Positions 9,770 to 20,000 of a stretch of 20,000 nucleotides of DNA are shown in pieces (position 1 is the stretch's first letter; every line of letters begins with the position of its first letter). A model generated the notes under the pieces. It had not been told where the DNA came from. It did not search any database and saw nothing but the letters and a program-made list of their open reading frames with translations. Where the stretch lies: positions 11,398,164-11,418,163 of the forward strand of contig NC_057753.1 in NCBI RefSeq assembly GCF_004010195.1, read 5' to 3'. Source of the stretch: Chiloscyllium plagiosum (taxonomy: Eukaryota). Both the position numbers and the translations under genes were made by a program.

Positions 9770-10675
9770 AGTCATAGAGATGTACAACATGGAAACAGGT
9801 CCAACCCGTCCATGCCAACCAGATATCCCAACCCAATCCAGGCCTACCTGCCAGCACTCAGCCCATATCCCTCCAAACCCTTCCTATTCATATTCCCATC
9901 CAAATGCCATTTAAATGTTGCAATTGTACCAGCCTCTTCCACTTCCTCTGGCAGCTCATTCCATACATGTACCACCCTCTGCGTGAAAAAGTTGCCCCTT
10001 AGATCTCTTTTATATCTTTCCCCTCTCACCCCAAACCAATGCCCTCTAGTTCTGGACTCCCTGACCAGGGAAAAGACTTTGCCTATTTACCCTATCCATG
10101 CCCCTCATAATTTTGTAAACCTCTATAAGGTCACCCCTCAGTCTCTGACGCTCCAAGGAAAACAGCCCCAGCCTGTTCAGCCTCTCCCTATACCTCAAAT
10201 CCTCCAACTCTGGCAACATCCTTGTAAATCTTTTCTGAACCCTTTCAAATTTCACAACATCTTTCCGATAGGCGATCAGAAATGCACGCAATATTCGAAC
10301 AGTGACCTAACCAATGACCTCAACATGACCTCCCAACTCCTGTAATCAATACTCTGACTAATAAAGGAAAGCACACCAAACACCTCCTTCACTATCCTAT
10401 CTACCTGAAACTCCACTTTCAAGGAGCTATGAACCTGCACTCCAAGGTCTCTTTGTTCAGCAACACTCCCCAGGACCTTACCATTAAGTGTATAAGCCCT
10501 GCTAAGATTTGCTTTCCCAAAATGCAGCACCTCACATTTATCTGTATTAAACTCCATCTGCCACTTCTCAGCCCATTGGCCCATCTGTTCCAGATCCTGT
10601 TGTAATCTGAGGTAACCCTCTTCGTTGTCCACTACACCTCCAATTTTGGTGTCATCTGCAAACTTACTAACTGTA
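9770..10675 (-). mobile_element. CR1 (HER1-like) LINE, ~900 bp 3' fragment with the RT C-terminus
   Basis: Translates to SKFADDTKIGGVVDNEEGYLRLQQDLEQMGQWAEKWQMEFNTDKCEVLHFG and RLGLFSLERQRLRGDLIEVYKIMRG, frameshifted. Tail ctctatgactc. Confidence 0.92.
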
Positions 10676-10694
10676 CCAAGTGGCCTTGCTAAAT

Positions 10695-12320
10695 TGATTT
10701 GATTTGATTTACTGTTACATGTACCTAAGTACAGTGAAATGCTTTGTTTGTGAGCAGTGCTGGCAGATCATAGTAAGCAAGGATGTACGGATCATAGAGT
10801 GAGAAAGAAACGTTGGACAGCCTCAGGCATACAGGTCACACCACACAGGACATGCACTGGCAAGATCAACATGAACAAGATCAGCATTTGTTTGAAGTCA
10901 GCAAAGTTCATAAAAACCTACAATGTGGAAACAGACCATTGGGCCCAACAAGTCCACACCGACCCTCCAAAGACTAACCCACCTAGAGTCATTTCCCTAC
11001 CCTATTACTCTACATTTATCCCTGATTAATGCACCTAACCTACACACCCCAAACACAATGGGCAATTTAGCACAGCCAATTCACCTAACCTGCACATCTT
11101 TGGATTGTGGGAAGGAACCGAAGCACCCGGAGGAAACCCAGACAGACATGGAGGGAGAACGTGCAAACTTAACACAGACAGTCGCCCGAGGCTGGAATCG
11201 AACCTGGGTCCCTGGAGCTGTGAGGTAGCAGTGCTGACCACTGAGCCACCGTGCCGCCTAATAACAGCTAGGAAGAAGCTGTTCCTGAACCTGCTGGTGC
11301 GTAGGTTCAAGCTTCTGTATCTTCTGCCTGACAGAAGAGGTTTGAAGAGCGTGTGTTACTGGTGCGGGAGGGGTCTTTGATGATCTTAGGGCAGCCTTCC
11401 TGCAGCAACAAGTGTAGATGGAGTCTACGGATGGGAGGTTAGCTTTCATCATGGTCTGGGTTCTGCACAGAACCTTCCATAGTTTCTTCCAGCCCTGGTC
11501 AGAGCAACTGCCATACCAGACCATTATGCAACTGGACAGTATGCTTTCTATCGTGCATCTATAAAAGTTGGTGAGGGTCCTTCTGGACATGCCAATTTTC
11601 CTGAGCTGCCTGAGGAAGAAGAGCCGTTGTGGTCCCTTCTTGACCATCGCATGTACGTGGGAAATCCAGGACAGTATGTTGGTTATTGTCACTTCTATGA
11701 CCCTTTCAACCTCTGCTCCCTTGATGGAGAAAAGAGTGTTTCTGCTTCTTTCTTCCTGAAGTCAGTTCTTTAGTTTTGCCAACATTGAGAGAGAGATCGT
11801 TGTCATTGCACCACCTCACCAAGCCCTCTAACTCCTTTCTGTAATCTGACTCGTCATTGTTTGATATCCTTCCTACCACTGTGATGTCATCAGCAAACTT
11901 GTAGATGGCGTTTGTTCAGAATTTAGCTACACAGTCATGCAGGGGCAGGAAGTACAATAGAGGAGCTGAGAACGCATCCTTGGAAGGGGCCTCCGGTGTT
12001 GTGTGTTATTGTGGAGGTGGTGTCCATTTTCACTGATTGCGGTCTATGGGTCAGGAAGCTGAGGATCCAGTTGCAGAGATTAGAGCCGAGAGCAAGGTCA
12101 CCAAATTTTGAGATCAGTCTGGAGAGAATCATGGTGTTGAAGGTGGAGCTGTAGCCAATGAGCAGGAGTCTGATCTAGCTGTCCTTGTTGCCAGATGTTT
12201 CAGTGATGAGTGTGGGACAGAGGGAAATAGCATCCACTGCAGACCTGCTATATCGGTCGGCACATTGTAAGGAATCAGGGCCAGCTGGAGTTGATGTGAC
12301 CCATGACCAGCCTCTCTGAG
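10695..12320 (-). mobile_element. Rex1/Babar-like LINE 3' fragment, with a SINE inserted at ~10913-11258
   Basis: Translates to LCNWILSFLTHRPQSVK, KFADD (catcagcaaact at ~11888) and KKGPQRLFFLRQLRKIGMSRRTLTNFYRCTIESILS. (AAATC)n tail at ~10695-10710. Confidence 0.8.
10913..11258 (-). mobile_element. HE1-type V-SINE, full length
   Basis: tRNA-derived head (ggcggcacggtggctcagtgg..ggttcgattcc), V-domain core and CR1-like 3' tail. Confidence 0.88.
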
Positions 12321-12334
12321 CGTAACAATTATGG

Positions 12335-12660
12335 AGGTCAGAGTTATTGGGTGGCAGTCATTATGACATGGGACCTGGGTTCAATCCCAGCCTGTGTGGA
12401 GTATGCATGTTCTCCCTTTCCCCCTAGCGCCCCAAGTCTGCATGGTTTTCCTCCGGGTGCTTCAGCTTCTTCCCACAATCAAAAGATGGGCAGTTTAGAT
12501 GAATTCGCCATGCTGAATTTCCCATAGTGTTCAGGGATGTGCAGGTTAGGTGCATTAGTCAGGAGTAAATGAAGAGTAACGGGGTAGGGGAATGGGTCTG
12601 AGTGGGTTACTTTTCGAAGGGTCATTGTGGACTTGTGGGGCCAAATGGCTGTTTCCATTT
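12335..12660 (+). mobile_element. HE1-type V-SINE, diverged
   Basis: gggttcaatccc B-box, V-core and 3' region matching 10913-11258. Confidence 0.8.
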
Positions 12661-12849
12661 GGCCCCACATCATACACATATTAAAAAGGTTTTCATGATT
12701 AAAGTGTATTTTTGAAACAACACACAATGCAGAAAAATAAGGAAAGCAAGGTTAAAAAGTTAAACAATACAGCGCTCACTAAAACGTGGAAAAACAAAGA
12801 AATATAGGGAGTCTGAACCTACCTTTGCAAAGTCCACTCCCTCCCCTGG

Positions 12850-13129
12850 ACTTCAATTGCTCCAAGGAGCAAGTTCCAGCTTGAAGCTCACAGGAGAACT
12901 TCCGTGTTGTGATGTCAACAGTGGGGGGCGGGGTCTCTCCAGGGCAACCAGTCAGAATCGCGGTATTCGGTGGTGACGTCGACAGGTTCCAAGCTGATTG
13001 CGTCTGCGCCCCGCGCGTTCCGGGGTTCAACGGTCACCTGCCGCGGAATCGACCAATGGAGGGCGCTGGAGGACCGGAAGAGGTCTGGTCCTGCTGTCAA
13101 TCAAACCCCACAGTGCCTGGTTGGTCCAG
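12850..13129 (+). promoter_or_regulatory. CpG-rich TATA-less promoter of ZNF-B
   Basis: TGATGTCA at 12910, GC box GGGGCGGGG at 12925-12933, TGACGTC at 12974, CCAAT at 13053, ETS-like CCGGAAG at 13074, and many CpGs. Confidence 0.7.
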
Positions 13130-13212
13130 GAGCTGCTGCTCCTGCTCCTCTCTCTCTGAATGAAGATTGAGCTTCACCCCAGACTGCAACTTCCTTCCTC
13201 TGTCCAAGATCT
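13130..13212 (+). other. Putative exon 1 of ZNF-B (ATG 13160, donor GTGAGA at 13213; 5' boundary approximate)
   Basis: Encodes MKIELHPRLQLPSSVQD followed by a phase-2 GT donor. Paralogous to ZNF-A exon 1. Confidence 0.7.
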
Positions 13213-13364
13213 GTGAGAACAGCACTCTGTTTTCTCACCCTCGCCTTTCCCTTCCTTAGATACTTTCAAAACTGCTCTCAATATTGCAAATGCAGTGTGA
13301 TCCAAGCCTTAGCAGGACATCGAACATTGCATTTGCCTCCCTACCTGCTAACCGAATCTGCATG

Positions 13365-13632
13365 TTAGATTAGATTAGATTAGATTAGATTATTTACAGT
13401 GTGGAAACAGGCCCTTCGGCCCAACAAGTCCACACCGACCCTCCGAAGAGCAACCCACCCAGACCCATTCCCCTACATTTACCCCTTCATCTAACACTAT
13501 GGGCAATTTAGTATGGCCAATTCACCTGACCTGCACATCTTTGGACTGTGGGAGGAAACCGGAGCACCCGGAGGAAACCCACGCAGATACGGGGGAGAAC
13601 GTGCAAACTCCACACAGACAGTCGCCTGAGTC
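13365..13632 (-). mobile_element. HE1-type SINE lacking the tRNA head, with a (TCTAA)n tail
   Basis: High similarity to 14255-14495. Confidence 0.85.
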
Positions 13633-14254
13633 TGGAGGGCAGGAATTGGTGAAGAATAGACAAAGCATCTCCGCTTAGTCTTAGAGCAGAGTTGGAATCT
13701 ATTAGTTGGCCTCCCCAGCCATTCACCCACATTGTCCAGCAACTATGACGACTGGAGTCCTCCAAACCTTAGATCCATTTGAAAGCCTTCTCCCCTTTGT
13801 TCTTGAAGGTGCAGTCCTCAGACTGGTGCAGCCTGGGTGTCATTCCTATATCCCTTGTGCCCCAGCCAAGCTCCCACCCTGGGCTTGCAAGCACAATTGT
13901 CTGCACAAGTATGAGTTGTATCCTGAGAGCTTCTGTTTGACGTCAGTCTGGTAAACCACTGCTAAGGGTCAGATCAGTGTCTACACCAGCACAAGAGTTC
14001 AGTGGATATTTGTTAGAAGCTTGTTTTGTACATTGCTTTTCCCAGGTTCTGGGGTGCACACAAACTATAGTTCATGTGTACAAGGGGTGGAGGAATTGTA
14101 AGACATGCTGGTAGTGAGAGATATAAGAAGTTGGGAGAAAGTGTATGGAGCACGCATGTCTGCATAGACCAATTGGGCAAAATGGCTTGTTTGTTTAATT
14201 GTAGATTGAATGCTTAGTGTTGCATTTGCTGAAATGTTGGATAGGTGTAGATTC

Positions 14255-14557
14255 ATTAGATTAGATTAGATTACATGACAGTGTGGAAAGAGGCCCTTTG
14301 GCCCAACAAGTCCACACCAACCCGCCAAAGCGTAACCCACCCATTCCCCTACATTTACCCCTTTACCTAACACTACGGACAATTTAGCATGGCCAATTCA
14401 CCTGACCTGCACATCTTTGGATTGTGGGAGGAAACCGGAGGAAACCCACGCAGACACGGGGAGAACGTGCAAACTCCACACAGTCAGTCGCCTGAGGTGG
14501 GAATTGAACCTGGGTCTTTGGTGCTGTGAGGCAGCAGTGCTAACCACCGTGCCGCCC
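14255..14557 (-). mobile_element. HE1-type SINE, full length, with a (TCTAA)n tail
   Basis: tRNA head, V-core and tail are all present. Confidence 0.88.
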
Positions 14558-14619
14558 ACAGAGAGGCAAAGTGAAATTTTATTATTTAAACACGACATTC
14601 TGGACTACTATATTGGTGA

Positions 14620-14900
14620 ACAGACAAGGAAAGCAAACGATTTGTGTTCAATCTGTCCGGGCTTGGCCTCATCTGGAGCATTGTGTTCAACCTTGGCCCC
14701 TATACTTGGGAAGATTGTAAAATCATCAGCGAGGGTACAGAGAAGATTCATGAGAATGCTACCAGCCCCGAACTTTAGTTATGTCGAAAGATAAAGAAAT
14801 TGGGACTTCTGTCCTTTTTTAGAGGAGAGAAGATTTGATAGAGGGTGCCCAAAATCATGAGGGGTTTTAGAAACCTTTCCCCATTTGTATAAGGATCGAG
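14620..14900 (+). mobile_element. Old CR1 fragment
   Basis: Remnant RVQRRFMRMLP motif. Confidence 0.5.
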
Positions 14901-14908
14901 AACAGAAG

Positions 14909-15192
14909 GATTAGATTAGATTTGATTAGATTACTTACAGTGTGGAAACAGGCCCTTCGGCCCAACAAGTCCANNNNNNNNNNNNNNNNNNNNNNNNNNN
15001 NNNNNNNNNNNNNNNNNNNNNNNNNNNNNNNNNNNNNNNNNNNNNNNNNNNNNNNNNNNNNNNNNNNNNNNNNNNNNNNNNNNNNNNNNNNNNNNNNNNN
15101 NNNNNNNNNNNNNNNNNNNNNNNNNNNNCAGGAATTGAACCCGGGTCTCTGGCGCTGTGAGGCAGCAGTGCTAACCACTGTGCCACCATGCC
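14909..15192 (-). mobile_element. HE1-type SINE spanning the gap 14974-15128
   Basis: Tail on the left and tRNA head on the right of the N-run. Confidence 0.8.
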
Positions 15193-15564
15193 TAAGGATG
15201 TACTAATTAACAAAAAATATTATCTTTCGCACCGTGGTGCGAATGCATAGCATGGAAGCAAAGTCAATTAAAGCTTCAAAAGAGAATGGAACACTATAAT
15301 GAAAAGGAAAAATTGCGAGGCTATGGGGAAACGGCAAGGGAGTGAGCGTCAATGGGTGAGTGGCTGCTTCGGAGGGTAGGGGTGAGGGTTGATTTGACCT
15401 CCTGCAACCATTTACTGATTTATGTTAACCTTTGGAGATTCCTGAACTAGGACTCCTATTCATATCCAAATTGCATCTCTCAATCTTTTTCCCGTGAGTC
15501 TGTGTCAAACGTTGTTAAAAAGTAAATTAAGTACTTTTAGCGTGTTAAATTTAAACTGCCTGAG

Positions 15565-15655
15565 ACGAGTGGGACTGGTTTAGTTTAGGAATCCTGGTCA
15601 GCATGGACGAATTGGACCGAAGGGTCTGTTTCTGTGCCGTATGCCTCCGTGACAC
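15565..15655 (+). mobile_element. CR1 3' tail fragment
   Basis: ggtcagcatggac..ttggaccgaagggtctgtttc, matching 17340-17425. Confidence 0.65.
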
Positions 15656-15747
15656 TAAGAACTAGAAGTGATCTTAATGAAAGCAGTAGAATTCTGAAAG
15701 GGGCTTGACAGGATAGATGAGATAAAATGTTCCTTCGAGGGGGGGCA

Positions 15748-16018
15748 GTCATAGAACTCAAACAGCGTAGAAGCAGACCATTCAGCCTGTCCAATCCACA
15801 CCAACCCTCCGAAAAGCATCTTACCCCAAACTCAACCCCCCAACCCATATATCATGCGGCCAATCCATCCTAATCTGCATATCTTTGGACTGTGGGAGGA
15901 AACCAGAGCCCCCAGAGGAAACCCATGGGGCGTGGAGAAGAAAATGCAAACTACACACAGACAGTCAACTGAGGGTCCATGGCGCTATGAGGCAGCAGTG
16001 CTAAGCACTGAGCCACCC
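15748..16018 (-). mobile_element. Diverged HE1-type SINE
   Basis: atctttggactgtgggaggaaacc and gaggcagcagtgctaagcactgagccac. Confidence 0.7.
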
Positions 16019-16194
16019 AGGTCTGTCAATCGACATGAATTAACACTTTTAGGGGAGTGGGGAGGGAGGATATTAGGTACAAAGTGAGAATGGAGGCGAG
16101 TGTGTGGAATGGAGATGAACAGGGAAGGAGTGAGGCAGTTCTGAATTTCAGTCCTGTGCTGAGTGTGTTTGACTTGTGGAATCTCCTTTTACAG

Positions 16195-16530
16195 GATATG
16201 AGAAAGGGAGGCTTTGCGGGACGAAATCTCAAACCAAACGTCACATCACTATCTGACTGAGGGGCCTGAATCATTGGCACACACATAGTTTTTGAAGTTT
16301 TGAATCTAACAGGAACAAGTATGTGTGGTCTGTCTATTTGCAAAGGTTTCAGACATTAGTGTGACTGTGGGAGAGAGTGTCCCAGTGAACTGACTGTGGG
16401 AAAAGCTTTTTACAGTTACACAGGAATAAAAACACACCATTCACAGCGGCAGGAGACCGAATACATTCTGTGGGTGGTTGGTCTTTTAACCGATTGTCAA
16501 CGCTGGGGAGATGGAGAGGATTCCCATGTC
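16195..16530 (+). pseudogene. 5' part of ZNF-B exon 2: relic N-terminal linker and ~3 degenerate fingers
   Basis: Acceptor ctccttttacAG at 16193-16194. Broken frames read YVWSVYLQRFQ, Q*TDCGKSFLQLH and SFNRLSTL. The region is alignable to the reverse complement of 5133-5475. Confidence 0.7.
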
Positions 16531-17061
16531 ATGGAGAAGCCATGGAAATGCGGAGACTGTGGGAAGGAATTCAAATTCCCGTCTTTGTTGGAAAGCCATT
16601 GCCGCAGTCACACTGGGGAGCGGCCGTTCACCTGCCCGGTGTGTGGGAAGGGCTTTGTTCACTTGTCCACCCTGGTGACTCACCGGAGGGTCCATACTGG
16701 GGAGAGGCCATTCACCTGCCCCGAGTGCAGTAAGGGCTTCACTGATTCGTCCGGGATGCTGAGGCACCGGCGGGTCCACACCAGGGAGTGTCCGTTCACC
16801 TGCTCCGTCTGCGGGAAGGGGTTCAGCCAGTCATCCGCCCTGCTGATGCACTGGCGCATCCACACTGGGGAGAGGCCATTTTCCTGCTCTGAGTGCGGCA
16901 AGGGCTTCACCGATCCTTCCAGCCTGCAGAAGCACCGGCGGGTCCACACCGGGGAGCAGCCATTCACATGCTCCGCGCGCGGGAAGGGTTTCAGTCAGAT
17001 CTCCAGCCTGCAGAGACACCAGCAGCTCCACAGCTGGGAGAGGGCAGTTAGCTGCTCTTAG
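16531..17061 (+). CDS. ZNF-B: tandem C2H2 zinc-finger protein, 176 aa, 5 intact fingers plus one with C->R; possibly decaying
   Basis: ATG 16531 (gtcATGG) begins [14 protein letters not shown]. The sixth finger is FTCSARGK. A TAG falls inside a 7th finger (VSCS*CGKG), whose frameshifted remnant continues to ~17100. Confidence 0.8.
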   Translation: MEKPWKCGDCGKEFKFPSLLESHCRSHTGERPFTCPVCGKGFVHLSTLVTHRRVHTGERPFTCPECSKGFTDSSGMLRHRRVHTRECPFTCSVCGKGFSQSSALLMHWRIHTGERPFSCSECGKGFTDPSSLQKHRRVHTGEQPFTCSARGKGFSQISSLQRHQQLHSWERAVSCS

Positions 17062-17189
17062 TGTGGGAAAGGGATTCAGTCAGACTCCCCTGAGACACTG
17101 AATCGATTCTGTGACCGTGTGGGTTTTAATTGGATCAGTGTTTAAGAGGGGGAATTGTGGTCCCGGTAACGTGTTTCGATGCCTATATT

Positions 17190-17428
17190 GAATGAACTTC
17201 CAGAGGAAGTGGTGGATGCGGGTACAGTTACAATGTTTAAAAGACATTTGGTGGATGCGGGTACAGTTACAATGTTTAAAAGACATTTGGATCAGTAAAT
17301 GAATAGGGAAAGGTTTGGAGGGACATGGACCAGGAGCAGGCAGGTGGGACTAGTTAATCTGGGATTATGGTCAGCATGGACTGGTTGGACCGAAGGGTCT
17401 GTTTCCACACTATGTGACTCTATGACTA
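17190..17428 (+). mobile_element. CR1 3' end with an internal 39-bp tandem duplication
   Basis: 17211-17249 is identical to 17250-17288. Tail tgactctatgact. Confidence 0.8.
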
Positions 17429-17469
17429 CCTTAGCGAACATGGCATTTTAAGTGCACAATCAGTTATGA

Positions 17470-18500
17470 GAGTCCCTACCTTCACCACCCTCTCAGTTCC
17501 TTAATTCGACCACCCTCAGGTGGTCAGATCCCCTCTGAACTACTTACTCCTGACCTTCAACTTGTGCCCTCTGATCTTCAAAAGATTCTCACAGTGTACT
17601 CTGTCTGTGCCTCCCTGAATTTTGCACACCTCAGTCAGATCCCCCCACAGTGTCCTCTGCTCCAGGGTAAACAAACCCAGCCTATCCAGCCCCCCCTCAT
17701 AACTGAGACTTTCCATCCCAAGCAACAGCTGGTGAATCTCCTCTGCACCCTCTCCAGTTCAATCACGTCCTTCTGATAGTGTGGCAACCAGAGCTCTGCA
17801 ATGTTTTAGAGTAAAAGAGTCCTACAACATGGAGACAGACCCTTTGGCCCCAGCTGATCCCTGTTGACTAAAATATCATCTGCGCTAAGTCCATTTCCCT
17901 GGACTTGGCCTATATCCTTCTAAACCTTTGTGTTTGTCCAAATGCCTTTTAAATGTTGTTAATGTACCCACATCAACCACTTCCACTTCCATATGCATAC
18001 CACTCTGCGTAAAAAAACAAAAGAGTCCCCCTAAGGTTCCCTTTTATTCTTTCCCCTCTTTCACCTTAAACTGATGCCCTTTAAGTCCTCGATTCCCCAA
18101 CCCTGGGAAAAAGACTGAGTGCATTCACCCAATCCATGCCTCTCGTGATTTTATATATTTTTAATGAGATCTCCAACCCCCCCCCCCCCCAGTTGTGACG
18201 CGATTTCCTTGCTTCCAAGCCCTGGTTAATGAAGACAAGCATCCCCTCTGCCTTCCTCACCCCCCTTTTTACCTGTACTGACACCTTCAGTGATCTCTGG
18301 ACTTGGACACCAAGGTCCCTTTATTCCTCATCACTCTGCAGGGACCAGTTACTTATTGCGTATTTCCTTCCCTTATTAAATTTCCCAGAATGCCTCGAGA
18401 TTAAATTCCATCACTCTGCCCTTTTTAACCAGCTGATCGATATCAGACTGTCGACCATCCTCTTCACTATCAACACCACCACCTTTCCAGCAGTTACTTC
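17470..18500 (-). mobile_element. Nested CR1 fragments (an older copy apparently interrupted by a 3' end at ~17810-18175)
   Basis: LDRLGLFTLEQRTLWGDLTEVCKI at 17540-17725, a second tail at ~17810, and an RT remnant at 18200-18490. Confidence 0.7.
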
Positions 18501-18789
18501 TGAACAGAGGGGGGGAGGGGGCAGCACTGTCTCCAGCTGAGGAGTGGGAATGGGGTGGGGAGGAAAGTTTGCAAGCTCCCTTTCCTTTATTTTTTTTTCC
18601 CCCAGTCAATGCAGTTTGAGTTTGTTAAAACAAGAAAAGAAACACAGGGTTTAATTGTAACTTGACACTCACTGAAACTTCGTTCTCCCTCCAATGTCTT
18701 GAGAGTAAAACACTTTTTACCGCCCCACAAATGGGAAATACAGGGAGTTGTGGGGCTGGTATCTGTTGTTATTTTGTGACCTATCCCAA

Positions 18790-19307
18790 GTGAAATTTAT
18801 CCTCTGCGCAAGCATGGGTGAACAGCCTGTTTTTTGTGCTTTGTGGGAGATCAGGCTAGCAGCTCCTAAATCCTTATGTTAAGCCACAGAGTAAATTGTA
18901 GATCAGCAAACGTAATTTGAGAGTAGTACTAGCAGCCGTGATGATCCTGTTGGGTCAACAGAGAGAGAGAGGGAGGATGTCACATCTCAAGAGCAGACAG
19001 AACAGTTGTTAGTACTGGTGGATGAACTGTTCAACCTCCTCGTGGGAGCACGAAGAAGGGCTTATGCCCGAAACGTCGATTCGCCTGTTCCTTGGATGCT
19101 GCCTGACCTGCTGCGCTTTTCCAGCAACACATTTTCAGAACAGTTGTTATGCTTGTTCATCAGTTGAATTGGTTCAGATGAGACCAGATGCTGCTTTTAA
19201 CGGATCATAATTAAACACTACAAAGGAACACCTTAAATTCAAGGAATGTTGTAAGGGCAAATCGAACAGTAAGCTTGAAGAGACAGGTTCTTCCATTTCT
19301 ATCCTTG
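18790..19307 (-). repeat. Unclassified element downstream of ZNF-B; inverted paralog of 872-1285
   Basis: The same anchors, interrupted by the Penelope insertion at 19012-19135. Confidence 0.8.
19012..19135 (+). mobile_element. Short Penelope pLTR insertion with a 5'-clipped hammerhead motif
   Basis: gaagaagggcttatgcccgaaacgtcgattc...gatgctgcctgacctgctg. Perfect 14-bp TSD CAGAACAGTTGTTA at 18998-19011 and 19136-19149. Confidence 0.85.
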
Positions 19308-19834
19308 GGTGACCCAAATGAGATATTTTTAATGATAGTTGCATAATGATCTTCCTGCTGAATCTTTTTTAGGGCAAACAGTTTCTGGTAGGACAGTTCC
19401 TGTACACTGACTGACCCTCTGCACCCCCAGTCTTTCTCTTCCTCCCCACCCACTGTACCCCAGTCTTTCTCTCCTCCCTACTCTCTGTCTCCCTATCTGT
19501 TTTGTCTCTTTACAGACCTCCCACCGCATCCTTACTCGTCCCTCGAGCTCTCTTTGGTCACTGTATCAAGCCCGTCTAAGAAGAGAGAGAGAGAATGGAT
19601 AGTCATGATTCTACCTGGGAAAGTTTGCGGGGATGGGGTGGGTGAGAAATGGCTGATCTTTAAACCTGAGAATAGCTAAAATGATCTATTCAGAAACATC
19701 GTTAAAGTTCAATTTTTTAAAGTAAGCTGCAGACATCTTTCTGAAACTTGTAATTAAATATGCTCAGGGCAGGCTGTGAGGGGTGAATGGCCTATTCCTA
19801 ATCTTGTGAAATTAGTTTTGAATATGTAGAAATA

Positions 19835-19935
19835 GTCATAGAGTTGTAGAGCACTGAAACAAACCCTTCGGTCCACATTAACCTAATATCATAAATTAAT
19901 CTGGTGTCCCATTTGCCAGCATTATGGCTCATATC
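19835..19935 (-). mobile_element. CR1 3' tail fragment
   Basis: agtcatagagttgtagagcactgaaacaaacccttcggtcc. Confidence 0.6.
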
Positions 19936-19940
19936 TTTTT

Positions 19941-20000
19941 CAGAGCTGAAAATGTGTTGCTGGAAAAGCGCAGCAGGTCAGGCAGCATCCAAGGAACAGG
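19941..20000 (-). mobile_element. Penelope pLTR fragment running off the window
   Basis: Reverse complement of 19085-19137. Confidence 0.75.

Noticed and set aside
13365..13392. (TTAGA)n arrays resembling telomeric or CRISPR-like repeats
   Set aside because: They are SINE 3' tails, not TTAGGG, and have no spacers.
13640..14250. Unassigned intronic sequence in ZNF-B
   Set aside because: Only a faint CR1-tail remnant is visible near 14130-14200, and nothing else is supportable.
14490..14557. tRNA-like sequences (also ~11190-11258 and ~15130-15190)
   Set aside because: They are SINE heads with A/B boxes joined to the V-core, not tRNA genes.
19211..19453. 80-aa minus-strand ORF overlapping the conserved downstream element
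   Set aside because: There is no recognisable domain, and indels in the paralogous copy at 872-1000 do not obviously preserve the frame.

Overview
Vertebrate genomic DNA, most likely from a shark or other elasmobranch. This is inferred from the HE1/V-SINE-type SINEs, the CR1 (HER1-like), Rex1/Babar and Penelope-like retroelements, and the [16 protein letters not shown] zinc-finger genes. The window holds two paralogous KRAB-less tandem C2H2 zinc-finger genes arranged head-to-head. ZNF-A (minus strand) has 13 fingers, CDS 5132-4035, exon 1 ending at 7139 and a promoter near 7220-7500. ZNF-B (plus strand) has 5 intact fingers and 1 degenerate one, CDS 16531-17061, exon 1 ending at 13212 and a promoter near 12850-13110. 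The promoter, exon 1, intron 3' end, relic N-terminal fingers and a ~400 bp downstream element are all mirrored, so the window is an old inverted duplication of a whole ZNF module that was later filled with different TEs. Several Penelope-like insertions have 14-16 bp target-site duplications and carry minimal hammerhead-ribozyme motifs. One is a non-coding two-hammerhead (retrozyme-like) unit lying sense in ZNF-A intron 1. Another truncated the ZNF-A finger array. There are two assembly gaps (8265-8716 and 14974-15128). TE boundaries are approximate and family names come from motif recognition, not a database search.
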